Positions 1-14,000 of a DNA stretch of 64,000 nt are shown piece after piece. The stretch is from NCBI GenBank assembly GCA_964016885.1, contig OZ024741.1, forward strand, positions 92,070,001 through 92,134,000. The letters are read 5' to 3'. Both the position numbers and the translations under genes were made by a program. This DNA comes from Eledone cirrhosa. Taxonomy: Eukaryota. How positions within the stretch are numbered: position 1 is the first letter of the stretch; the number at the start of each line of letters is the position of its first letter. A model generated the notes under the pieces. That model saw only the letters and a program-made list of their open reading frames with translations, was not told where the DNA came from and searched no databases.

Positions 1-2712
1 CAGTACAGCTGACGTGCTAGCAGCGAGAACGGCACTAGACCAGTTCTTCAACGTGAATCACGAAGGTTGTATTGTCAGAAGTAGAACACGTGCGCTAAGA
101 AACCAGGCAGCCAAAGCTATTAGCTGGGCCCGAGTGGAAGCGACGAAAAGTGGCAACAAATCCACAATTCGCTCCTTACAAAACAAAGATGGGCGCATTC
201 TGCTTGAATCCAAGCAGATGTGCACGGCCTTCCAGCAGCATTTTGCACAACTGTTCGGGCAAAGCGGTACGTCAAGGGAGGTGATGGACTTCAGCTCCAA
301 CCTCGACGGCGTACCACGACTCTCGAGCACGGATGCAGAGAGCTGCGAAAAGCCTATCACAGCGGGCGAAATAGAAGATGCCCGAGGCCGCTGTGGGAAA
401 CGCAAATCACCCGGTCTAGATGGTCTACCCTATGAGTTTTACATAGGCATGCCGGACTTGTTCTCTAGCGTCCTCGAAGCCGTCTACTGCAATTGGCAGC
501 AGAACGGGAGAATTCCCAGTTCTGCAGGCAAGGGCGTAGTAACGCTGATCAGGAAAGACGAGAACAAGGGGGACGAAATTAACAACTTCAGGCCCATAAC
601 TCTGCTCAACACAGAGTTAAAGATGTTGGCCAAGGTGTTAGCAGCGAGGCTGGCGCTTGTCGTCGAGAACCTGGTAGGGGAAGCCCAAACGTGTGCAATC
701 CCGACCAGGTCCATACACGACTACCGCCACCTCATGCGATACATCATAGAGCGGGTAGGGTGTAAACCTGGCTTCGGTGGGGCTCTGATCAATTTAGATC
801 AGTCTATGGCATTTGATAGGGTCAACCATCAATACTTGGAAGCGGTTCTCAAGGCGGCCGGCTTCGGTCCCGTCTTCAGAGGCTGGATCGCTGCCATGCA
901 CACCAGCATCTGCTCGGCAGTCAAGGTGAATGGCTACCTATCGGAGCCGTTCGGTTCGCAAAGCATGCGTTCCATCCGTCAGGGGTGCCCTCTCTCCTCT
1001 ATTCTGTATGTACTGACTCTCGAACCATTACTGCCGGAGTTGGAGCTGTTGCAGGGCATCCCGATCGAACCAGGACTGCGGAAAGCAGAGTCGGCCTATG
1101 CCGACGACATAACCGTAGTGGTGTCGAAAACCTCGGACATCTATTACAGAAATACGAAACGTTGACAGGAGCAAGACTAAACTCAAACAAGTCTGTCGGT
1201 TTGCAACTCGGCACATGGAGAGGCAAACCCATACCTACCGACAGTGTCGTTGTACGCTGGACGGAAGGACCGGTGAAATTGCTCGGGGTCTGGTTTGGTC
1301 CAGACCTCCAGGTGGACAAGAACTGGAACGAGGTCACGGTGAAGCTGTTTGCACTCACCTAGAAGTGGGCTGAGTGCAAACTCTCATTGAAAGGTCGAGC
1401 AGAGGTGGCGAACACTTACATAGCGTCCGTCATCTACTACCGCTTGACAGTCGTGCCTTGTCCCCGCGAATACCTCACCAAAATGGAACGCCTACTCTTC
1501 AAGTTCAACTGGAAGAAACAGGCTCCATTGGTGAGGAGATCCATCTGCTGTCAACACCCTTCTAACGGAGGGCTGGGCATACCGTGGCTGATGATGTGCA
1601 AATGCGCGCTGAGGCTACGCCATCTCCAGGTGTTCCTGACCGGCGAACCGGTGTGGCTGTCGTTTGTGAGACGAGCTCTTCCACAACTCGTCTCACTAGC
1701 AGAGCTGCAGTCCTGGGTCAAGCGAAGACTGAAAATGGGTGCCTGGCACCTCGAGTGCCTACAGGCGCTCACAGCCCTCTACCAAGCGGAAACGGCTGTC
1801 AGCGTAGACTTCACTTCGACATTCTATAGGGGATTAGCGGTGGATAAGTGCGACAACGTTCTCGGGGGAACTCTAGGCATCGAGGAAGACGAACTGACCA
1901 GTCTGTTCGGGGGGACTTTCCGTCTAGAGCCTATGGATAACTTCCAAAGGTCTCTGGCCTGGCAATGCACTCGAGGAGCTCTACTGATTCGAGATAAAAT
2001 CTACAGGCACGGACGCCCTGGCAGAGATCCTGCCAAAAGGACCTGTCGAAGATGCGAGCAGGGTATCGAAACCGCTCTGCACGTAATTGTTCAGTGCCCA
2101 GAGTGACCGACCTGTGGAATTATATCGAACAGTTACTGTCACGTGTAGGACGCATCCAGTTGTCAACCGAGTCCATCGCGAGGATCACCCCGCCGCCTTC
2201 ATTTAAGAATGAAGGAGAGGCGGTCTTCCTCTGCCTGGTGGCTATGGCGAAAGAGGTAATATGATGGACGAGGTTAAAAGGACTGAAGGCAAGCACCTTT
2301 CTCTCCGGACAACAACTTATCCCCTTCTTTAAATACCACTTCAGAAGGAAGGTGAGAGTGGAGAGAGAGGTGCTACACCCCAGTAAATTCGCTGAAAGGT
2401 GGGTGAATGTGGCGAAAATGTCCCGAGTGAATGGGCCTTCTCAGTATATAAACCTGTATGTTGAGGAAGATAAACAGAGGGAAGACAAGAACACCTACAA
2501 AACGTGTTCCTGGTGTTGTGGGTTGTTCTATCCACGGGGTGTAAAACAACCCCGCAGTAGCGTTACCCCCCCCCCCCCCAATGGGGATTTCAATTGTTTT
2601 ATTTTTATATAGTTTATTGTTATTTATCATTGTTAAAGATTTTATGTAAAACCCCCACCGTCACGTCTTGTAATGTCCCATTTTTGTACGCCCCTGTGGC
2701 AAATAAAGAAAG
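1..2712 (+). mobile_element. L1/Tx1-clade non-LTR retrotransposon, 3' portion (begins before the window)
   Basis: Consecutive ORF pieces 14-1165, 985-1362, 1387-2106 and 2052-2460 give RT motifs KSPGLDGL, FRPITLLN, LDQSMAFDRV, IRQGCPLS and YADD, then GGLG and a C-terminal CRRC...HVIVQCP zinc knuckle. The 3' UTR has a C-run and AATAAA at about 2702. Confidence 0.93.
14..2460 (+). pseudogene. Disrupted LINE ORF2 (reverse transcriptase plus CCHC domain)
   Basis: Frameshift near 1140, TAG at 1360-1362, frameshift near 2103, and TGA replacing a Trp codon at 2262-2264. Confidence 0.88.
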
Positions 2713-3317
2713 ATATCTATCTATCGACCTAATTAATAAAAAAATATATCTATCGACCTAATTGTTTGTTTATCTATCTACCATACAAGCTTATGCACAT
2801 AAACCTCACACACATAAACACACTAATAACCGCCTAAACTCACCCAAACACAGATCAAAATATAACACACACACACACACACACACACAGACACACACAT
2901 ACACACATACACACACTCGTACAAAATTATTCACACACAAACGTTTACATACGCACACTTAAAAATACATTTTTAAAATTCCGTCACACACTTATATACA
3001 CACACGCACGACCACCCTTCACACACACACACATGTATATAAACATACACACACACACACATGCGCGCGTGTGCACACATGTACACAAAAATACATTAAA
3101 AGTCACATGTAGCTACACTCACATACGCACTCCCATCAACGCTACAAAAGCACACGTACAAAGGAGAGATGACACCAACGACATGTAAACCCACGAAATG
3201 GACTCCATCTGCACAATTAGGTCTCAGTGCCACTGATACACCTGGACTCGTTACATGGACCACCATCTCAGCACGTCGGACTATTTTCCTGTCATCCTCA
3301 CCCAGCTTTAAAATAGT

Positions 3318-3413
3318 TCTCTCTCTCTCTCTTCTCTCTGCCTCTCTCACTCTCTGCCTCATTCTCTCTGCCTCTCTCTCTCAGCCTCTCTCTCTCAGCC
3401 TCTCTCTCTCAGC

Positions 3414-3484
<71 letters not shown>
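3318..3484. repeat. (CT)n microsatellite
   Basis: Seen directly; explains the SL-repeat ORF. Confidence 0.95.
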
Positions 3485-3486
<2 letters not shown>

Positions 3487-3573
3487 GCAGTCCAGCCTCC
3501 GCTTTTCCAACCTCCTCTTTTACGAACCTTGTGTTTTCCTGATAAAGGACATTTTCTCGATGCATTGAGAAAT

Positions 3574-3612
<39 letters not shown>

Positions 3613-3635
3613 CTTATTTATTTATTATTTCTTCG

Positions 3636-3813
3636 TGTGGATTGGCAGTATCGGTAGAGGTTCAGACACCAACCTCTGCAGCATAAAGTTACGGCCCTTT
3701 ACGGTCTGATTTCAAATATTGCCGAGGTTCACTTTGCCTTTCATCCTTATGAAATAAAGTACCAGTAATGCACTGGAATAATTGCTGGCCTTGTGCCAAA
3801 AGTAGAAACAATT
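3636..3813 (+). mobile_element. tRNA-derived SINE, family A (Meta/MESC-like central domain)
   Basis: A-box-like TGGCAGTATCGG, B-box-like TTCAAAT, core TTTGCCTTTCATCCTT...AAATAAAGTACCAG and tail AGTAGAAACAATT, shared with many copies in the window. Confidence 0.85.
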
Positions 3814-3919
3814 ATTTTTCCTTTATCTTTATTCCCAAACTTGAACTTAATAATACCTTGTGTTTTTTGTATCGTTTTGTGTACCTTGTTTATTCCTGAA
3901 CTATATATATATATATATA

Positions 3920-4683
3920 TAATTGATTTTTTATGTGGTTAATTATGCTAATTGGGAGAGCAAATGGTGTATATATATTATCAAATGATTCTATGGACAT
4001 ACTTTATGATATATTGCTCTGATTATTTAATTTATTAATTCTTCATTAAGCCACATCGTGAATGGTTGCCAAGACATATATATCTGTGACTTTGTTTAGT
4101 TTGTGTATATGTAAATCTTTATATTTAATAATCTCCCATTAGGTTGAGATGCAATTTGGGCAATATTGAGCTGCGCTTTCTAGCAACCAGCCCACTCGCC
4201 GTAAGCAACCAATCACATTCTTTCTAACTTGACCACTGCTACGTCACGATTCTTAGACATTTTGAATCTGTTTCTGGCGGGGATCGCTTTGGAAAATTAC
4301 CTGTCCTATGAGTTTGTTTCCTGACGAGTTCGAAACTCGAGATTTTATCCTTAATACGATATCTCAAAACGCGAACGAAACACAAGGGTAGAGACATAAT
4401 CCTGGTAAGAGTGTACGCATTTCTTCTAACTCTATATTTATACCTAATTGTGTATGGTTGACGGTATATTTAGTCGATTCCCACGTGCTGTTGAAATGTT
4501 GGGTAAATATTCTATTGCGGTCGGCCGCGAAGAGGCTGCTGTCGTTTATTTATCAAATATTTCTTCATAGGAGCCTTTTAATCTTATAGCCTGGTCTAAT
4601 TGATTTTTTATGTGGTTAATTATGCTAATTGGGAGAGGAAATGGTGTATATATATTATCAAATGATTCTATCGACATACTTTA

Positions 4684-4691
<8 letters not shown>
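3920..4691 (+). mobile_element. Non-coding, terminally redundant hammerhead-bearing element (PLE pLTR or retrozyme-like) inserted in (TA)n
   Basis: 95-bp direct repeat at 3920-4014 and 4597-4691 (offset 677, 2 mismatches), (TA)n on both sides, hammerhead at 4315-4396. Confidence 0.75.
4315..4396 (+). ncRNA. Type I hammerhead ribozyme
   Basis: TGTTTC CTGACGA GTTCG[...GAGAT...ATCTC...]CGAAC GAAAC acaagg GTA GAGACA. Stem I 6 bp with one GU pair, stem II 5 bp, minimal stem III, GUA site. Confidence 0.78.
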
Positions 4692-5167
<476 letters not shown>

Positions 5168-5229
5168 TGAAACAAAATGAAAACGAAATTTCATTTCTCA
5201 CTCTTAGTATGGCACTATACATGCATACT

Positions 5230-5263
<34 letters not shown>

Positions 5264-5299
5264 GATAAATCTACCATGTCCATATATATATACAGTTCA

Positions 5300-6305
5300 C
5301 AACAAAAATAGATTTGTAGTTCATGCAAAAATATTTTTTGCTGAAATAATTATGATTATCTAATTTGTTTTTGTACTGACCGGTTTCTCTTTGGGTGGCT
5401 TTTCAAAGATTCATTTTCAAAGTTACAATCGTGCTGGTGTAATGTATCTTTAGCGGGCATCGTTATGTACCACTTACATATGTGCTAGTGTTGAGAACTT
5501 TTACATGTGTCGTTATGTGTCGCTTACGTCCTTTCTCAGACAAGGGACGCAACTGGTATATCCTTGTTTTCATTTATTTTGTCATGACAAGGGACACAAC
5601 TCTGAATATGAATGAAATTCAGTGTCGTATACTTTAAAATAGATTTCCTTACTGTCGGATTTTTAAATTGATAGCATGGAAAAACGGTGAAATTTGGCCA
5701 TTTTCGTCCTGCGCAACTCTATATATGTTGACTCCAGGGGATTTTATACGGTTCCTTGATTTGTACTGTCCTCTTTTGTGGGAGTGTTCGACCTATTTGA
5801 CCAATGTGGTGTTCATGGAAAATTGTGTATGTTATAATATATATTTACACGAAAATGTGCTTTTAATTTTGAAGATAGCTTTTTCTTTTAAATGAAATTC
5901 TATCTCCATACTAGGTCTTTGAAAAGAAATTCTTATAGATGGCAGCATACTTCGCAGTTTGGCCAGTTGCATTTTATATTCTATTATTGATTAAATTCGA
6001 AGGATATTTTATCATGATGAGTACTTGTTTATCTCTTCTAGTCTCTGGATTATTGTTGTTAGGTGTGTGATAATTGTGTAGATTAGCTTAGTTAAATTGA
6101 ATGGAATGTTAGTGCGGGTGTGTTTTGAATGAGATGATGTAAAAAGGAGCTATTGTCGGTAATCTGAAAATTTGAAATATATATCAGTTTCTAGTGTTGA
6201 GCTTCTTTTTAGTTATTAGTATGAAGGAGAGGTTTACGTTACTGAACTCCATAGGGAATTGGATGTTAGGATTCATATTATTGATGAGATCTTAAAAATT
6301 GATTT
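5300..6305 (-). mobile_element. Decayed Penelope-like element (Neptune-type RT C-terminus, GIY-YIG and pLTR remnant)
   Basis: Manual minus-strand translation gives LINNMNPNIQFPMEFS, LETDIYFKFSD..LLFTSSHSKHTRTNIPFNL, YIIT...HIGQIGRTL and FTVFPCYQF, with stops and frameshifts. A decayed hammerhead (GAAAC CG GTC) lies at 5375-5423. Confidence 0.7.
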
Positions 6306-6470
6306 TGAAAATCAATTTTCCCTCCACAAAATAAAGCAGTCATCCATAAATTTTTTCCGGTTTCCTTTTATTCTTTTTTCCTATATAACGTGATTTGTAC
6401 ATAATTTTGTAGCCTTTAAATTTGTTCTACACATACACACAAACACACACATACATACGCACACACACAA

Positions 6471-6520
<50 letters not shown>

Positions 6521-6792
6521 TTACATATATATACATATGCATATGTGGGGGGTATACTTTTACGCATGCGTGTGGGTGTACGTGTGTAGTGATGAAGGCG
6601 ATAATATATATAACAGTTTGCTATAAATCACCTGAGAGCTTGCAAAATAGTTTGCTCCGAAACATGAGATTTCTGAATGATATGCGTTAATGCACAAGTA
6701 ATATAGTTGTTCATACTGCATTAGTGTATCGCAGTATATCATATATGCTGAATAGATGCGGAAGATGGAAAAGGATAGGATTCTAGGCATAT

Positions 6793-6962
<170 letters not shown>

Positions 6963-7299
6963 GTATAAATATATATATATATATATTAATCTTATCTTCA
7001 AAAATAACGCATTGTCGCTGACGTCAACAGCCACAGTTCCAACATATAAGTATGTTTCTGAAGAATTCAAATAATTCTACGGAATAAGTTTTTCTCGTAA
7101 TGCTATTAATTCTTTAAGGACGGTTTATTCAAAAGCAACGTTACAGTAGCGAACTAACTACATTATAGCGTTTAATTTGCTTGCTTTCAATGCCGTGTTT
7201 AAAACCTATAGGTCGTAGAAATTCCATGTAATTTCTTCTGTGATCAATACAATAGGTATAAATAAGATTCTTCATCGATTCATTCTAACTTCTCATTGA

Positions 7300-7560
7300 C
7301 AAAGAAAATCCCTATTGAATATGCTTGAAATGCTTTGTAAGTAAAATTGGATACACGGAAACTGTTTGAAAGCGAATCGGATTGACTGTACCTGTAATTG
7401 AAAAGGCCAGCCTTGTTGCATACTGTGTGACGCTGTATCTCCCTGTGAATTAAGTTGAGGGTACAAGTGTCTATGGAATGCTCAGCCACTTTCTCGTAAA
7501 TTTAACGAGCAGATCGTTCAGTTGATCACAAAACTGAAACACTCGCCGAAACTGGCGAAG
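7300..7560 (+). mobile_element. SINE family B fragment (ACGGAAACTG core), diverged
   Basis: Shares GTAGACGGAAACTG...CCTGTAATT...CTCAGCCACTT blocks with 45915-46220 and 59325-59640. Confidence 0.6.
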
Positions 7561-8713
7561 GTACATTTCAATGGGCCCGCATCTTACATGGCTTTAAATT
7601 GCGTGGTTTAATGTATTGGTGAATTAAATCCACGATGACATTTCAATTCCTCTTTGTAGTTTGGTTTTTTTTCTCTTCTTCTAGATTATTACATCACGAT
7701 CTCGCATACTTAATATGTCCTTTCAGAGACATAGATGTTCCTGACACAAACAGCACAACAACGGCAGTTGTTCTATCAATGGAACAGCCTACTCGTGAAA
7801 TTAACGTGCCAGTGGCTAAACATTCCACAGACACGTAGAGTAATTCACATGGAAATTCAGTAACACTGTGTGTGACAAGGATAGACTTTCGAATTATAGA
7901 TAGATTTCATTTACAAATCTTTGGTCGATAAATTAACGTGCAAGTCGATGAGCATTCCACAGACATGAGTACACTTAACATAATTCTCAGTGATTTTCTT
8001 CGTCACACAGTTTGTGACTAGGTTGGATCTTTTAATAAGAGGTGCAGTCCATCCAACTGGATTACAAACAGTTTCCGTCTACCTAATTTCACTAACAAGT
8101 CATGAGTCAACACGAAGCTATAGCAAAAGACATTAGTTCAATGCGGTACGAAGAGGAATCAATTCTGGGACCTAATGTTTGCGAGGCGAACTTCTAAACC
8201 ATTCCACTATGCTGCATCCACAATAGCACCAAATAATAAAATTAATATACTGTTTCTTTAAATCGTTAACTTCGCTGAAAAATTGGCAACCTGTTTAGTT
8301 TTGTATACTAGTAATTTTTCTTGTAGCAGACAACTGATTCGAAAAGTAAGCTTCTTCGTGAGCTAGAAAAAATGTTGAAGAATAAACTATTAAATTATTC
8401 ATACTACTTCTAGAATTGGTAAATATGCATACACAGACACACACACGCACACACAGATACAGACACAAATATATGTGTGTGTCTATGTAACATATATATG
8501 TGTGTGTATAACAAATATATGTGTGTGTCTATGTACACGTATATATATATATATATTATTTCGCTAGAGATACTTTTTTCTAACCCAGCATCCCTCACTC
8601 ACACACATATACACTTACACAGACACACGTGCACACACTCATAGACACACACACACACAATTATACCGATATATATACATATATATATATATATATGCAT
8701 ATATATCGGTATA

Positions 8714-8858
<145 letters not shown>

Positions 8859-9045
8859 GATGCTGAGTTAGAAAAAAGTATCTCTAACATAAGAATTCTT
8901 TTTAATCTCATTCATCTTTTAAACATTTACCTCAGCGTAAATCTTAATTATTGATAAAAATAATTGTAATATTGATCCATAGGAGAATGAGTAGATTATA
9001 TAGAAGGAATTATTCGCTAAGATCTTGAAATTCTTTAATAAATCA

Positions 9046-9320
9046 TGGATGGCTGTGTAGTTTAGGAGTTCGCTTTGCACCCAGATAGTTCCTGTTTCAA
9101 GCCCACTGTATCACACCTTGAATCTCGGGTTGACCAATGCACTGTGAATGGAATGTGGTTGGCGGAGACTACAGAAGCCCCTCGTGTGTATCGATATATA
9201 CCTATGCATGTAGTTGTGTGTCCATGTCTGTATGTATATTCGTATCTGTGTTTAACGTCCTATGACTTAACTATTCGACAAAAGCGATCGATTAAATAAG
9301 CACCAGACTTTAGAAAAGTA
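9046..9320 (+). mobile_element. tRNA-derived SINE family B, diverged
   Basis: tRNA-like head TGGCTGTGTAG...TTCAAGCCCACTG, then GGAGACTACAGAAGCCC, a TG-rich spacer and ATAAGCACCAG. Confidence 0.55.
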
Positions 9321-9939
9321 TGATTTTAAGAAAGTGCCCTTCATGGTTGGGCTTTATCCCAGAGAAGACGAGATTCACAATGTTCGTCACAAGTATGAAA
9401 ATACACTCTTGACAGGTGCAATGTGTCCGAACACGGAAGAGCCAAACTCCCACCGTCATCGCCGCCATCTCTCTCGCCCTCCCCATCTCTCTGTATAGTG
9501 AGCAAATGGGGTCCACGTGCTGTCACGGTGGACAGAATGGAGAAGGCGTTTCGCGGCGGATGGTAAGGGAGATGCACTGTTGTAGACGTATAACTGAAGC
9601 CAATCAAGAAAAAAGTATAAGATATATACATCTATCTGTACACACATAGAGACGTAACACACGCTCGCACACGCACATAGAGACATACACACACACGCGC
9701 GAACGCACACACACTCACACACGCGCGCAAATAAAGTTGACGGCGCTTTAGCATAAAAACTACGACAATGTATACATGTATTTTCCATGTAGTCAATATA
9801 GTTCCTGTCCACACTTCCGCAGTGGTTCGCTGCTCTATACACCAGCGTCCCACAGAATGTGCCACGGATAGGCCTCACAACGTATAGAAATATGAAAAGG
9901 AATATCATCTGATTTAACAAGATCGTTGAAATCAATATA

Positions 9940-10230
9940 GCCCATAATTACCTGGCTCTGATAAATCATGTCTACTTAACCGTATATCGACGTGGGTATA
10001 AAGCAAGAATATAGTATAGATAGTAATGAATGGAACTTCATTGGCCTCACGGAAAATACATTTAAAACCAGATACTTCTTTAGAGACAGTGATATAATCT
10101 ACTCTAGCTCTGTTTCCTAATACGTCGAAAACTTGAAGAACAAATGAATTACTTTTAGCTAGAGTAGCGTGAAAAATAAATTCCGTATCAAAAGCATCAT
10201 AGTGTAAATTCATTAAAAAGAACTTGTCTA
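9940..10230 (+). mobile_element. Decayed Naiad-type PLE GIY-YIG fragment
   Basis: Manual translation EWNFIGLTENTFKTRY..FRDS..YSSSVS*YVENLKNK parallels YYIGATGNTFKARWY of the element at 50600-50715. Confidence 0.55.
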
Positions 10231-10699
10231 TTAAAAAAAAATGATAAATTATTTATCTGCTTTTATTTTCATATATTATACACAGAGGAACAAAAGTATA
10301 GACATCGCGTTTTATAATAATACATTGATATTTTACTTAGGCAGGACACAACCGATTTATAGGAGAAGGGAATAAGATTAAAATAAATGATATAAATATT
10401 TGATTAATATAGTGAGAGTAACCTGGCAGATTTCAATGTGTTATAGGTCAATGTGTCTGACAATTAAAAACAATATCATATAAACGTTTGTTGTTTTTTA
10501 ACACTCTTGCTTCCTCTTTAACTTTGCAAATATTTTTGATAATGCTGAAATGATTGGACTACTACTGAAGCATAGTAGATTTGATTCACTTCCTGTGTTT
10601 TACTTTCTTTTATAGGTCTCATATTCAACAGAGTGGAAATAACGAGCAATTAATGAATATTTTCAATAATATATACATGCATACACACGCACACCTATA

Positions 10700-10827
<128 letters not shown>

Positions 10828-11176
10828 TGTGTGTGTGAGTGGGTGTGAGAGAGAGAGTGTGTGTGTGTGTGAGTAGGTATGTGTGAGAGAGAGAGAGTGT
10901 GTGTCTGTGTGTGTGTGAGTAGGTATGTGTGAGAGAGAATGTCTGTGTGTATGTGTGTGTGTATGCTTTGAACCAAAGTTGCTATTGCCTGAGAGTAAGG
11001 AGAACTGAATAAAGAAGAGTAACATTATAACGACTCGCTAGCCGCCATACTAGAATACACATATGTGTGACTTCGTACAATACATATACATACATGCACA
11101 TATGTGTATAAATATACCTATGAGTGAGTTTGTACAACACACACACACACACATATATATATATGTGTGTGTGTGA

Positions 11177-11241
<65 letters not shown>

Positions 11242-11257
11242 TTTGATAGGTTTCGGC

Positions 11258-11402
11258 CCTGGCCATGTCTAGTTTAATAGCAACACATGGCGGAGTCAGG
11301 TGATTGAAGCCTCTGCCCCCATGACCTCTCAGAAATAAGTGAGCGAAGAAGAAGAAGAAGAAGAAGAAGAAGAAGAAGAAGAAGAAGAAGAAGAAGAAGA
11401 AG
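11258..11402 (+). mobile_element. RTE-clade LINE 3' end with (GAA)n tail
   Basis: CTCTGCCCCCATGACCTCTCAGAAATAAGTGAGC(GAA)n matches the reverse complement of the RTE 3' end at 57745-57795. Confidence 0.65.
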
Positions 11403-11406
11403 AAAG

Positions 11407-11585
11407 ATTGTTTCTAATTTTGGCACAATGCCAGCCATACCCAGTGTATTACTGGTACTTTATTTTATCGACCCTGTAAGGATGAAAGGCAAAGTTAACC
11501 TCGGCGGGATTTGAACTCAGGCCTTAAAGGACCGTAACCCTATGCTGCAAAGCATTGCCTCCAACCTTCTACCGATACAGCCAAT
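11407..11585 (-). mobile_element. SINE family A copy
   Basis: Reverse complement of the family A head, core and tail. Confidence 0.85.
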
Positions 11586-12008
11586 GAGGACCCCTTTTAT
11601 ATAAATGATTGATTCTTTTGAATTTGCCACCGACCAAGTAGGCAGTGATTTTTTCAATGTCTTGGAATTTAGTCCTCGCTTGCTTTCTTCCATCCACTGA
11701 ATTATTTTTGTATAAGTTCCCTGTGTCCACGCATCGCCTGGGAACTTAGCTGAGAATTGACTTCCTCATGACGAAAGGCATTCTCCATGTTGTTCCATTC
11801 GGAAACAATGTTTATTCCCTTTCAGAAACTAATTAGTTGGATTGAAATTTTAGTAAGTAAGTTAATTTTTATAATTTTCTTATTTTACGTCTTTCATATA
11901 ATTGTTCTGCATCCCCTTGCATTGAACGACAAAGTTACTAAGACAAAACCTATATATTTGCTAGCATAGGTATGCATCTGTATATATATGTTGGTAGATA
12001 TACTAATT

Positions 12009-12042
<34 letters not shown>

Positions 12043-12164
12043 GTATATATATATGTTTCAGAAGATCACGTTAACGGTGAAAGCACCGATTCTTTGCTTA
12101 AACTTTAATCTGTTATTTTAATAAATAATTATATATATATAACCTGATATATATATATATATAA

Positions 12165-12204
<40 letters not shown>

Positions 12205-12411
12205 CTTTCGTTGTTTTGGTAATGTATGGTTGGGTTTTGCCTACCGCAATTTTCAATTAGTCAAGCTATTTAAACGTAATGTTATTACTCTAAGGACCTA
12301 GCCTTATTGAGTGCTTTGCTACTCATTCCTTATTGTAGGTCCACTTTGCTTGGCCACAGCCAAAGCTTCGATTTTACAAAGCTTCCGCTTGTATATATAT
12401 ATATATATATA

Positions 12412-12564
12412 TATATTTGAAAAAAGGAAAAAGAATGACTTTACTTGTAGTGTTAACTTTTTTTTTTATTTAATTTTATAATATTATAATATTATAAAAT
12501 TAAATTTTTAAAAAAATGTTAACACTACAAGTAAAGTCATTCTTTTTTCCTTTTTTCAAATATA
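12412..12564. repeat. About 150-bp near-perfect palindrome inside (TA)n
   Basis: TTTGAAAAAAGGAAAAAGAATGACTTTACTTGTAGTGTTAAC ... GTTAACACTACAAGTAAAGTCATTCTTTTTTCCTTTTTTCAAA, centred near 12487. Confidence 0.9.
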
Positions 12565-12976
12565 CCTAACTGTACCAAGGATCTCACACATTTTCCAATA
12601 TATATATATATATAGCCGGTGAGATGTACTTGGGCAGTTTCGACCCCTAGCTGCGGTACTGCAGATCCATCGGGGGTCACAGCGTCTGGCATAAACCAAA
12701 CGCTGTCCAGTGAAGTGAGAGAGACAAAATATTAATTTATAGCAACTAAGCTACAAAAGACACACAGACACACACACACACAAGTGAATAAAGATAGAAT
12801 ACAAAAACCAAAACACATACACTCAAACGCGAACACACACACCAAACATTATACACACACGGAAACGCATACGCAGAGACGGAGACAAGAATAAATAAAT
12901 TAAATAAATTAAATAAAAATGGCGTAGACATTACAATACAATACAATACAGTACAATTGGAGGAACATAATAATAG

Positions 12977-13020
12977 TACCACTGATGATGTTGCAGATGT
13001 GCAACGAAAGAACTTTGATA
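12977..13020 (+). ncRNA. Variant type I hammerhead ribozyme (CUU site)
   Basis: TACCA CTGATGA T GTTGCA gatg TGCAAC GAAAG aa CTT TGATA. Confidence 0.65.
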
Positions 13021-13252
13021 GACTATATATAATATATATTTCGTTTCTGAATTTGTTTAGCAAGATTCCTTATCTGAAAACGTGTGTTGAAACCGATATT
13101 GTTATGCTTTGGGACGGTCATGTTGCCAATAAGAAACACACGGACCAGTTGCTTTCACTTCAATTTATCATAAATTAAATTTATAAATTTAAGAATTTAT
13201 AAATTTCTGGTTGGTTGGTTGGTTCCACAACCAGACGATTGTTCATATATTG

Positions 13253-13293
13253 TCAAAGTTCTTTCGTCACACATTCTGTGACCTCTTCAGTGA
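13253..13293 (-). ncRNA. Variant type I hammerhead ribozyme (CUU site)
   Basis: Minus strand TCA CTGAAGA G GTCACA gaatg TGTGAC GAAAG aa CTT TGA. Confidence 0.7.
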
Positions 13294-13497
13294 TTGGGAT
13301 TCTTTTCTTTTCTTTGTTTTTGTGCCTCTCCTTTGTTCTGTCCTACGCCATTTTGTTTTTGTGTGTGTTGTGTGCTTAGTTTGCGCATGTGTTACATCCG
13401 GGTGTCTGTGTGTGTTTATATTTGTTTATTTATTTGTTTATTTACATGTTACTAGTTGGTTGTTTGTTCTATGTGTGTGTGTGTTTTCATTTTGTCC

Positions 13498-13830
13498 TTA
13501 ATTGTAAGTTGCGATGTTGCTATTCCATTCATGTTTTCTATTTAATTTTGGTTGGAGTTCATTTATGCTTATTGCCTCTGTGATTTGTCTAAACATTGCA
13601 TCTTTTCTGTGTGTAGATTCTATTTTTATTTCTATGTTCTCTAATTTACCCTTATGTTCTATTTTAGCATGTTGTTGGAGTACAGATGATTCTTTACTAT
13701 CTTGAAGCTCTCGCCAGTGTTCATTTATCCGTTCTCCTATACAACGAGCTGTCTCACCTATGTACACTATATTCTTATCTCTACATTTTATGCTATATAC
13801 TACATTTCTAGTTTTACAGTTAATATATAT
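13498..13830 (-). pseudogene. PLE GIY-YIG endonuclease domain (truncated ORF)
   Basis: INCKTRNVVYSIKCRDKNIVYIGETARCIGERINEH...RQITEAISINELQPKLNRKHEW, with the VY..YIG, R, E and N motifs. Confidence 0.85.
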
Positions 13831-14000
13831 TTATATCTGTATTTTTAACCCTTGGTCAATCAATGATAAACGTTGATTGCCAAATAAATTCTCTATGGAG
13901 ATATAAAAGATACAGAAGCGAAAACCAACCAAACAGTGAGTGTGTTCTGTTATTATTTCTACCAATATTATTACAACAATATGACCCTCTCCAAGTATAA

